In this document: piece by piece, positions 40,573 to 48,963 of the stretch
Position numbering within the stretch: the stretch's first letter is position 1
Layout: each line of letters opens with the position of its first letter
The notes under the pieces: model-generated
Database searches by the model: none
Told to the model about the DNA's origin: nothing
Seen by the model: only the letters and a program-made list of their open reading frames with translations
Source: Thermoanaerobaculia bacterium
GTDB lineage: Bacteria > Acidobacteriota > Thermoanaerobaculia > UBA5066
Assembly (NCBI GenBank): GCA_963719225.1
Contig: CAVRAY010000001.1
Span: 2,528,001 to 2,592,000, forward strand
Length of the DNA stretch: 64,000 nt
Direction of reading: 5' to 3'
Position numbers and translations under genes: made by a program

Positions 40573-41658
40573 TCAATCCTTCAGGAACTCCCCCACCGCG
40601 GGACCGAAGCGCTCGTAATCGATGAGGAACGAGTCGTGGCCCTGGATGGAGCCGAGGCTCACGAACGATGACTCGACGCCGGCCTCCTGAAGAGCCACGC
40701 CGAGCGTGTGCTGCTGCTCCACCGGGAACAGGATGTCGCTCTCGACGCCGATGATGCGCACGCGGCACGCCCGGAGCTTCGAGAGCGCGTCCACGAGCGA
40801 CTCGCCATGGTCACCGAGATCGAACAGGTCCATCGCCCGCGAAAGATAGAGGTAGCAATTCGCATCGAAGCGGCCCACGAACTTCTCGGCCTGATGATCG
40901 AGGTACGACTCGATCTCGAAGCGCGTCGCGAACGGGTCGGCCGGGGCCGTTGCGATGCGCTTGCGGCCGAAGCGTTCGTTCCACTCGCCCGGCGACCGGT
41001 ACGTCGTCACGCCCATCTTCCGCGCGATCCTCATCCCGTTCTTCGGCGGCTTGTCCGGGGGATAGGCGCCGCCTTTCCAGTCCGGGTCCAGCCGGATCGC
41101 CTCGCGCTGCGTGGACCGCATGGAGATCGCGAAGGGCTGCGCGTGCGCGCCCGCCGAGATCGACATGATCCGCTGCGCCTCGAACGGAAACAGGACACCG
41201 TAGGCGAGCGCCGTCATCCCGCCCATCGAAGAGCCCACGACGGCTGAGACGGGATGGATGCCGAGCGATTTCAGGAGGAGCCGGCTCGTCGTCGCGATGT
41301 CCTCGATGGAAAGGCACGGAAACGTGAGCCGATACGGGTGGCCGGTGCGCGGGTCCGTCGAAGCGGGCCCGGTCGAGCCGTAGCACGACCCGAACGAGTT
41401 GTTGCAGATCACGAACCAGCGGTTCGTGTCGAGCGGCCGGCCCGGCCCGATCATGTCCTCCCACCAGCCGGGCTCTTGGTTCCACGAGTTCGAGCGCGCG
41501 TGGCTGCTGGGTGAGAGGCCCGTCGTCAGCAGAAGCGCGTTGTCCTTCGCTGGCGAGAGCGTTCCCCACGTCTCGTACGCGAGCGTCACCTCGGGGATCT
41601 CGCCCCCACGGTAGAAACGGTACGGGCCGGGAAGGGCCTTGAGAAGGTAAGGAGGCAT
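40573..41658 (-). CDS. MetX-family O-acyltransferase, likely serine-acting subtype
   Basis: YETWG, TGLSPSSH, GSSMGG, FDANCY, GHDSFL. Confidence 0.88.
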   Translation of the reverse strand: MPPYLLKALPGPYRFYRGGEIPEVTLAYETWGTLSPAKDNALLLTTGLSPSSHARSNSWNQEPGWWEDMIGPGRPLDTNRWFVICNNSFGSCYGSTGPASTDPRTGHPYRLTFPCLSIEDIATTSRLLLKSLGIHPVSAVVGSSMGGMTALAYGVLFPFEAQRIMSISAGAHAQPFAISMRSTQREAIRLDPDWKGGAYPPDKPPKNGMRIARKMGVTTYRSPGEWNERFGRKRIATAPADPFATRFEIESYLDHQAEKFVGRFDANCYLYLSRAMDLFDLGDHGESLVDALSKLRACRVRIIGVESDILFPVEQQHTLGVALQEAGVESSFVSLGSIQGHDSFLIDYERFGPAVGEFLKD

Positions 41659-41790
41659 CGTGAGGCGGAGGATCTCACGCCGGACCGGGTCCGCACTGGA
41701 GATGCTGTTTGACGGGACTTCCCTTTCTGAAATAGCGTCGGTTCAGCTTCGCGAGTTACTCCGGTAGGAATTCCAGCAGGGGAGGTTGTC

Positions 41791-44700
41791 ATGAAGAACG
41801 GCACTTTCCGCCGGCGCGTCCGCAGTCTTCTCCAGCCCGTCGTCATCGCTTCGGCGCTCGGAGGGCTTTTCGTGCTGCTCTTGCCGGGGTGCGCGGTTAC
41901 GTTTGATGCTGACCGGGAGTACGACTTCTCGGACCTCCAGGTCGGCGAGGACGGTCGGCTCGTGCCCATTCCGGGCGCCATCAACTTGAGGGGGGCCGCA
42001 GTAGGGGCCGCAGCAGACGCGCTGTTCGCAGCGAGCGGCAGCGCCCCCTGCGGGACCGCAATCGACGGGAACGGCAGCTCCAAGTCCGCCTGCATCCTCC
42101 GGCACAACGCGACCGAGGTGGATCAACCGAATGCGATCAACGACGTCTCGGCCAATGGAAACACGGTCGCCACAGCGTTACAGTCGGGCGTCTTAGTTAC
42201 GAACCTCTCGAACGGCACCACCAGGACCATCAAGATCACACCAGTCCAGAACGCGCCCGTGACCAGGGTCCTCGTGACGATCCACGTAGAAGACGTCATC
42301 GTCGCAGGCCAGAAGGTCTACGGCTGCAAGCCGCAGAACCCGGCCCCGCCCGAGGTTCCTTGCGAGGAGCTTCCCGGCATCCCCGACAACTTCGGGACCG
42401 CCGTCGCCATGATAGAAATGCAATCGGGCGACGTCTACGTCGCCTATCCGACTGGAATCTTCAGACTCCCAGCCGGGGGGCAGGCGCTCACGCCGGTGTC
42501 CGTTCCGCCGGGTATCACGTTCACGTGCCTCGGGCAGTACGACAAGAACGTGCTCTTTGGAACGTCAAACAACGGCGCCGGGGCCATACTCGAGTCGGGC
42601 ACAGTCGTCCAGCTCAACACCGGCATCAGCCCGCCGTACAGAGTGAACGCGATCGCGGGGAGCAACTCGAACCTCGCTTTCGCGGGCCAGAAGGACGGAG
42701 ACAGCTTCGTCGTCAGCAGCTCCGATGGCGGCGTCACCTGGGGGCCGGGTGTCCACGTCAGGGTCGAGGACGGTGCCGTGGTTCCCGTGGAGACGATCGA
42801 CGGCCTCGCGTACGCGCCGGGTTCGACCGGCGGCGCGGGCAATGTCGTGCAACCCCTGGTCGACCCGCCGCCCGCGCTCTACGCCGGGACGAACGCGGGC
42901 GTCTTCCGTTCCCCGGACAACGGCGCCTCCTGGGCGCCCTTCAACCAGGGCGTCGCCTCGGCGACGGTCACCCGAGTGCTCGTAACCCCCGATCGCGTCT
43001 ATGCCGGCACGTACCACAACGCCAATTCCGTCTACCGCTCGTCCGACGGCCTTGCTTTCTCACCCGGAAATGCCGTGCTCGCCAATCAGGCGACGCGCGC
43101 CCTGGCCGCCGTGGGAGACAACGTGGTCGCCTCCGGCGAGACCGGCATCTTCCGCTCCACCGACGGCGGCGCCACGTGGGTCAAGGGCGTCGCCGGCCTC
43201 CCGGCGGGGACGTATTTCTTCGGTCTGACGACGCTCGGCGCCAGCATGGTGGGCGGGTCGGTGTATCTCAACGCGACCTCGCCGGGAGGCGTCTACCGCA
43301 GCACGGACGGCGGCGCCACCTGGACGCGGACCAGCCAGGGGCTGCCCACCAACATCAACGTCACGACGTTCGCCTCCAGCGGCGCCCTCGTCGTCGCCCA
43401 GGTCACCACCTCCAGCGCGCGAGCCATCTACCGGAGCACGGACGGGGGGCTCACCTGGTCCAAAGGAGCGGAATTCACCCAGGGCAGTCCGGTGGCGCTC
43501 GCGTTCTCCGGCTCCACCCTTTACGCGGGCCTGACCGGGACGGCGTCCGAGCACCTTTACAAGAGCACGGACGGCGGATTGACGTTCACCCCGTCGGGCA
43601 GCGGCCTCGGAAACAGGCAAGTCCTTTCGCTGACGTCGGCAGGCGACACGCTCTTCGCCGGCACGTACACCGGCCTCTACGCCAGCACGGACGGCGGCGC
43701 GAGCTGGTACCTCTTCTCCAGGCGCCTGGAAAGCATCTCCGTGTTCTCGCTGGCCGCCTCCGCGAGCAGGGTCTATGCGGGAACGGTCGGGGCCTCGCTC
43801 AGGGTCTTCGACCTTCCACAGCGCGTGAAGCGACTCGTGCCGATCGTCCTCGACGTCGCCACGGGGGCCACGCGCTTCACCACCGAGCTCGCGCTCACGA
43901 ACGCCTCCGCGAAGCCGCTCGACGTGTCGCTGTCCTACACCGCCTCCATCGGCTCGGGGACCGGAATGGTCCACGAGCAGCTCCAGGCGGGTGAGCAGAA
44001 GGTGATACCCGACGCGATCTCGTTCCTGCGCGGCAAGGGCGTCGCCATCCCGTCGTCGGGCTCGCAGGGGGGGACGCTCCTCGTCACGTTCGAGGGGGCC
44101 GGCGACTCGAGCCTCGTGGCCGTGACGGCCCGCACGACGGCCGCGACGCTCGCCCCGCAGCCGGTCGGGAGTGCGGGGCTTGCCTATGGCGGAGTGGACC
44201 CGGCCGCGGGCTTCACGGGCGGCGTGATCGTCTACGGCCTGCGCTCGAACGTGACGGAACGGTCTAACTTCGCGGTCTACAACACCACCGCCCAGCCGGT
44301 GACGCTGAAGGTGACGGCGATTTCCGGCTCCGGCGATGGCCGGCAGGCCGTGATCGCGGACGCCGAGACGCTCCCGCCATACGGATGGAAGCAGTACAAC
44401 GGGATCCTGGACGGCGCCGGCATGACGAACGGCTACGTGAAGGTGGAGCGCACGTCCGCGACCGGAGCATTCGGCGCCTACGGCGTCGTGAACGACAACG
44501 GCACGAACGACGGATCGTTCCTGGAGCCCACGCAGGGCTTCCTCGTGCCGTACCTCAACGTGCCGGTCCTCGTGGAGACCTCCGCCTTCCTGAGCGAGCT
44601 GCTCCTCGCCAACTCTGGCGTCAGCGAGGCGGTCCTGGAGCTCAGCTATCGCGAGTCGCTCGCGCCCTCGGGAGGCAGTGGCACGGTGACGGTCCGGCTC

Positions 44701-45276
44701 CCGGCCGGAGCCCAGATTATTGTCCCGAGCGCCCTGGAGTACTTGCGGGGCCTCGGAGTGTCGATCGGGGCACGCGGGGCTGGCGGCTACGCCGGCTCGC
44801 TCCACGTGGCCGTCACCGGCACCGAGATCTCGAACGTCTTCGCCGGGGCCCGCACCTCGGCGCTCTCGCCGGCGGCGGGCCAGTTCGGCCTCTTCACGCC
44901 GGGCATCTTCGCGGGCGGCGAGACGCAGTCGAAGGCTTTCCTTTTCGGCCTGCGCTCGGATCAGACCAATCGCTCCAACGTGGCCGTGGCCAACACGGGG
45001 ACCAGCACCGGCTCGGGGTCCATCACCCTGGAGCTTCAGGCCTACGACGGCGATGCCGGGGGCGTTCCGCGAGGAACGCCCGAGGTGGTCGACCTGCAGC
45101 CCGGCCAGTGGACGCAGTTCGGAAACTTCCTGGCCACCAAGGGCGTCGCCAACGGATGGGTCGGGGTCACGAAGACGGCCGGGAACGAGCCGTTTCTTGC
45201 CTATGGCGTCATCAACGATGGAGGCAGTCCGGGGCAGCGGACCGGAGACGGGGCCTACGTGCCGATGAGCCGCTGA
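41791..45276 (+). CDS. Large secreted/lipoprotein with BNR (Asp-box) propeller and duplicated C-terminal beta modules
   Basis: GGGGAGG SD, LLPGC lipobox-like, about 8 SxDGGxTW repeats, two RSNxAVxN...GVxND modules. Confidence 0.85.
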   Translation: MKNGTFRRRVRSLLQPVVIASALGGLFVLLLPGCAVTFDADREYDFSDLQVGEDGRLVPIPGAINLRGAAVGAAADALFAASGSAPCGTAIDGNGSSKSACILRHNATEVDQPNAINDVSANGNTVATALQSGVLVTNLSNGTTRTIKITPVQNAPVTRVLVTIHVEDVIVAGQKVYGCKPQNPAPPEVPCEELPGIPDNFGTAVAMIEMQSGDVYVAYPTGIFRLPAGGQALTPVSVPPGITFTCLGQYDKNVLFGTSNNGAGAILESGTVVQLNTGISPPYRVNAIAGSNSNLAFAGQKDGDSFVVSSSDGGVTWGPGVHVRVEDGAVVPVETIDGLAYAPGSTGGAGNVVQPLVDPPPALYAGTNAGVFRSPDNGASWAPFNQGVASATVTRVLVTPDRVYAGTYHNANSVYRSSDGLAFSPGNAVLANQATRALAAVGDNVVASGETGIFRSTDGGATWVKGVAGLPAGTYFFGLTTLGASMVGGSVYLNATSPGGVYRSTDGGATWTRTSQGLPTNINVTTFASSGALVVAQVTTSSARAIYRSTDGGLTWSKGAEFTQGSPVALAFSGSTLYAGLTGTASEHLYKSTDGGLTFTPSGSGLGNRQVLSLTSAGDTLFAGTYTGLYASTDGGASWYLFSRRLESISVFSLAASASRVYAGTVGASLRVFDLPQRVKRLVPIVLDVATGATRFTTELALTNASAKPLDVSLSYTASIGSGTGMVHEQLQAGEQKVIPDAISFLRGKGVAIPSSGSQGGTLLVTFEGAGDSSLVAVTARTTAATLAPQPVGSAGLAYGGVDPAAGFTGGVIVYGLRSNVTERSNFAVYNTTAQPVTLKVTAISGSGDGRQAVIADAETLPPYGWKQYNGILDGAGMTNGYVKVERTSATGAFGAYGVVNDNGTNDGSFLEPTQGFLVPYLNVPVLVETSAFLSELLLANSGVSEAVLELSYRESLAPSGGSGTVTVRLPAGAQIIVPSALEYLRGLGVSIGARGAGGYAGSLHVAVTGTEISNVFAGARTSALSPAAGQFGLFTPGIFAGGETQSKAFLFGLRSDQTNRSNVAVANTGTSTGSGSITLELQAYDGDAGGVPRGTPEVVDLQPGQWTQFGNFLATKGVANGWVGVTKTAGNEPFLAYGVINDGGSPGQRTGDGAYVPMSR

Positions 45277-45374
45277 GGCGGCTTGCTCCGAGGGCACGTT
45301 TCCCCCCGACACGCACATCGGCGCGCCGAGGGGAGCACATCGTCCTCGCCCCGCCGACCGGGCCGAGCGAGCAA

Positions 45375-45914
45375 CTAGCGCGCCGGCGCCTTCGCCGGGA
45401 ACTCGACCGTGACCGGCCGCCAGGTCACGGGGTCGTTGAGAAGGCCGTGGCCCTGACTCACGACTTCGAGCCGGCGCGGAAGGACGCAGATCAGGGCGAA
45501 ATCGTTGCCGCGATGCTCGTCCTTGTAGAAGGGCGCCCATGCGCTCTTCCAGTGCTTCGCCCGCGACGCGGGATCGGTCACGAGACGCGCAGTCCCGACG
45601 AGCGTCACGTACGCCGGACCGGAGGGCTCGAAAAAGGACACCGTGACGCGCGGGTCCTTGGCGATCTCCGTGACTTTGCGCGTCAAAACGTTCGTTGCGA
45701 CCCAGACGTTGAAATCCTCGTCCGGCCCGAGGGGGTCCACGATGCGCGCCTGCGGCTGACCGTCCTCCCCCACCGTGATGAAGGTCGCGTAGCGAGCCTT
45801 CTCGGCGACGTCGCGCGCCGCCTTGAGGACGACGCCGCGGTCCGCCGCGAGAGCAGGGGCCGCGGCGAAAAGGATGAGGAAGAGAGCAGCGACGAGTCGG
45901 CCGATGTGCTTCAC
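45375..45914 (-). CDS. Pyridoxamine 5'-phosphate oxidase-like FMN-binding protein with signal peptide
   Basis: GGAGG SD, GTG start MKHIGRL..ALA, TVGEDGQPQAR, TRKVTEIAKDPRV. Confidence 0.85.
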   Translation of the reverse strand: MKHIGRLVAALFLILFAAAPALAADRGVVLKAARDVAEKARYATFITVGEDGQPQARIVDPLGPDEDFNVWVATNVLTRKVTEIAKDPRVTVSFFEPSGPAYVTLVGTARLVTDPASRAKHWKSAWAPFYKDEHRGNDFALICVLPRRLEVVSQGHGLLNDPVTWRPVTVEFPAKAPAR

Positions 45915-45998
45915 GAGACCTCCGCGTGCGAGATGTCGGACGGCCGGAATCATGCACCCGTTCACGGCGAGTCGCCCGGAAGGCGCCATAATTGCCTC

Positions 45999-46766
45999 AT
46001 GGGTTGGTTCGAGGAGATGACTCCGGGAACGACTCTGACGGCGGCGGTGAGAGAGATCATCGAGACGGCGATGCGCGCCTTCTCCGACCATCAACGTCAG
46101 GTGATGATCCGCGCGGGCGTGCGGTTCTGGCCCGATCAAGCCTTGCCTCCCGAATTCGACGCGTTGGTCCAGCGGGGCCAGCTTCAGTACCACACCGGCG
46201 GGGCGGCGCGCTACTTCCCGTCGATCAGGATTCTGCATTTGTTCGGTACGGTCAGCATCGAGAACGTCCGGCACGAGTTGGCGCATTGCTGGGACCACGT
46301 GCGCCGAGGCAACGTCCACAGCTTGCGTGGCCTGTCGGGACACGCGCTTGCAGCGGCGATCGCCCGACCCTCGCCCTTCACGCTATCCAGTACCGACCGC
46401 GTGGAGCGATATTTGGGCTTGTACCGGCGACGCCTGGCGGAGCTCTCTCAAAGCCACCGTCTGAGGCCCGGATGCCGGCCACAGACACAATTCAATTCAC
46501 TCTCGGATCGTTACAAGCTGGCCGGATGGGATTATCCGGCTCGCGATGCCGCCGAGTTCTACGCGGAGTGCTATCGACTCTTTCACGCCCCCGCCGGCGA
46601 GCCGAACGCCCCGTTGAATTACGCTCGGATGTGGCTGTACGCGCGCGAGATGTACGACCTTCTGGAGCACGAATCGGGGCGCGAGCACTCTCCCGTCCCC
46701 GATCCGGCGGCACTCCGCCAGGCGATCCAGGACGAATGCCTTCCGGAGCCCGTCCCGATACATTAG
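45999..46766 (+). CDS. Zinc metallopeptidase, anthrax lethal factor/Pro-Pro endopeptidase-like
   Basis: HELAH...YPARDAAEFYAE, CATAAT-N6-ATG, lower GC. Hidden at the end of ORF 44385..46766. Confidence 0.75.
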   Translation: MGWFEEMTPGTTLTAAVREIIETAMRAFSDHQRQVMIRAGVRFWPDQALPPEFDALVQRGQLQYHTGGAARYFPSIRILHLFGTVSIENVRHELAHCWDHVRRGNVHSLRGLSGHALAAAIARPSPFTLSSTDRVERYLGLYRRRLAELSQSHRLRPGCRPQTQFNSLSDRYKLAGWDYPARDAAEFYAECYRLFHAPAGEPNAPLNYARMWLYAREMYDLLEHESGREHSPVPDPAALRQAIQDECLPEPVPIH

Positions 46767-46803
46767 GCGCCGCTGTGGCGAAGCTCACCCGCGAGCCAGA
46801 TAT

Positions 46804-48951
46804 CTACTGGCTGGGCTGGAAGTCCTTGTGGCCCGTCTGCCAGAGCATGAAGGCCGACTGGGCGGCGAAATTCCTGAAGGTGACCGTCTTCTCCTCGGTG
46901 AAGTGGCCGTTGTCGTAGTTGACCTTCAGAAGGACCGGCTTCCCCGACGTGCTCGCATTCTGGAGAGCCGCCGCGAATTTTCCGGGCTGCCACGGGGCGA
47001 CGCGAGGATCGTTCCAGCCGGCGACACAGAGGACGGCCGGGTATTTCACGCCGGGCTGAACGTGCTGAACGCCGTCCATCTCGTAGAGGGAGCTGCATTC
47101 GACCGGGTCCGTCACGGTGCCGAACTCGGGCGTGTTGATGGGGCCGTTCGAGGAGAACTCCATGCGCATGGCGTTGGCGCACCCGACGTTGCAGACGCCG
47201 GCGGCGAAGAGGTCGGGGCGCGAGGTGATGGCGCGGCTGATCAGGATCCCTCCCGCGCTCGTGCCGGTGCCGGCGAGCCGTTGCGGGCTCGTGTAGCCCT
47301 TCTTCACGAGGTACTCGGCGCAGGAGATGAAGTCCTTCCACGTGTTCGGCTTCGTCGTCTTGTACCCCGCCTTGTACCAGGCCTCGCCCTTCTCGCCGCC
47401 TCCCCGGGGGTGGGCGTACGCGAGCACCACTCCCCTCAGCGCGACGGAGCGCCTCAGGTTGAACCACGGCTCGAGACTGATCCCGTAAGCGCCATAGCCC
47501 TCCAGGATGCAGCTGCTGCTGCCGTCGAGCGCAAGACCCTTCCTGTGAATGATGGAGAGGGGGATCGGGGTGCCGTCGTGGCCCGGCACCTCGACCTCGT
47601 CCACGGCGAGCGTGTCGAATCCCGGGTACGTGACGTCCGTGTTGAAGATGCTCTTCGTGAACGTGCCGGTTTCCCCGTCGAGGTCGTAGACCGTCACGGG
47701 TCTCGTCCACGAAGTCAGGAAAACGAGGCACCGGTTCGTGCGGAAGTCCGGGCACTGCATCGAAACGATCCCTGAGGCCGGAAGCGTCACGTCACTCGTC
47801 TTCCCGGTCGCGAACTCGTACCGGACGATCCGGCCCGCGACTCCGCTGGAGGTGACGGCGAAGAGAAAGTCCTTGCTCTTCGCGATGGACTGGATGGAGT
47901 CCTTCTGTTCGGGAACGACCGTCTCGGCGTGAGCCCAGTCCGGGTGCTTCACGCTCGTCCGCACCACCTTGTAGCGGGGAGCGCCGCTGTGGGTAACGGC
48001 GTAGACGTGGTCCTTGTAGAAGGCCATGCCGCGGACCAGATTGTCGGAAGGCTTGCAGAGCACGCTCCATCTGGTTTTCCGCGCTTTCAGCCCGGAGGCG
48101 GGCGCGTAGAAGATCCGCATTTCGTTCTGTACGGTGAAGACCGATCCGACAATGTAGCCGGGGTACGACTCGTCGACCGAGGCGGACGGGAACTCCTTCG
48201 GCTGGATCCCCAGCTCCGGGTTGCTCTCGTTGCTGAAGAAATCGACGTCCACGGAGAAATCGGTTCCGACCTTGTGCAGCTTCGTCTTGTGGTTCAGCTC
48301 GATGTCGAGGCTTTTGATGTCCGTCACTTTCCCGGCGTCGTAGAAGAGGTACCTGCTGTCCATCGTCCAGCCGTACGGGCCGTAGGACGGATAGACGCTT
48401 TCGGGGAGGAGTCCGCCGCGGTCGACGTCCAGGATCCGGATCTCGGAGAACTCGGCTCCCTGGGCCGAGAAGCCCATCGCCACGAGCCGACCATCGACCG
48501 AGGGAATCAGGCTCTCGATGGTCGTCGTGACGCCCTTCCTGTAAGTGGACGGATCGAAGAGGAGCTTTTCCGCTCCGTTCCAGCCCTGGCGAAAGTAGGC
48601 CTTCCCGACGTTCTCGCCCCCGAGGGTCTTCTTGTAGAACACCCTCCCGTTCTCCCAGGTGATGGAGGAATACCGGGCGGCCTGCAGCTTGTCCAGCTCC
48701 GTCCACTCCTTCGCGAGCGCTTCCGCCCCCGGAATCTTCGCGAGGATCCCGTCCGTCAGGTCCGCCTGCGCCTTGAACCAGGCGTCGACCTCCTTGCTCT
48801 TGAGGTCCTCCATCCAGCGGTATGGATCCTCGTAGACCTTTCCGAAGTAGGTGTCCGCGGCGTCACCGGCCTTGGAAGGCGGATAGGGCCAGCTTCCGGC
48901 GCACGGAACGACGATCAGAAGTACGAGGGCGAGGGGGCCGAATCGCTTCAT
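46804..48951 (-). CDS. Secreted prolyl oligopeptidase (S9A)
   Basis: Signal peptide, DPYRWME, RGGGEKG, GTSAGG, NDPRV, GH. Confidence 0.93.
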   Translation of the reverse strand: MKRFGPLALVLLIVVPCAGSWPYPPSKAGDAADTYFGKVYEDPYRWMEDLKSKEVDAWFKAQADLTDGILAKIPGAEALAKEWTELDKLQAARYSSITWENGRVFYKKTLGGENVGKAYFRQGWNGAEKLLFDPSTYRKGVTTTIESLIPSVDGRLVAMGFSAQGAEFSEIRILDVDRGGLLPESVYPSYGPYGWTMDSRYLFYDAGKVTDIKSLDIELNHKTKLHKVGTDFSVDVDFFSNESNPELGIQPKEFPSASVDESYPGYIVGSVFTVQNEMRIFYAPASGLKARKTRWSVLCKPSDNLVRGMAFYKDHVYAVTHSGAPRYKVVRTSVKHPDWAHAETVVPEQKDSIQSIAKSKDFLFAVTSSGVAGRIVRYEFATGKTSDVTLPASGIVSMQCPDFRTNRCLVFLTSWTRPVTVYDLDGETGTFTKSIFNTDVTYPGFDTLAVDEVEVPGHDGTPIPLSIIHRKGLALDGSSSCILEGYGAYGISLEPWFNLRRSVALRGVVLAYAHPRGGGEKGEAWYKAGYKTTKPNTWKDFISCAEYLVKKGYTSPQRLAGTGTSAGGILISRAITSRPDLFAAGVCNVGCANAMRMEFSSNGPINTPEFGTVTDPVECSSLYEMDGVQHVQPGVKYPAVLCVAGWNDPRVAPWQPGKFAAALQNASTSGKPVLLKVNYDNGHFTEEKTVTFRNFAAQSAFMLWQTGHKDFQPSQ

Positions 48952-48963
48952 GCGGTTCTCCTG

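Noticed and set aside
41659-41790. SAM riboswitch upstream of the MetX-family gene
   Set aside because: No SAM-I/II core motifs visible.
42700-43720. Recurrent agcacggacggcggc repeats
   Set aside because: Explained by protein-level BNR/Asp-box repeats.
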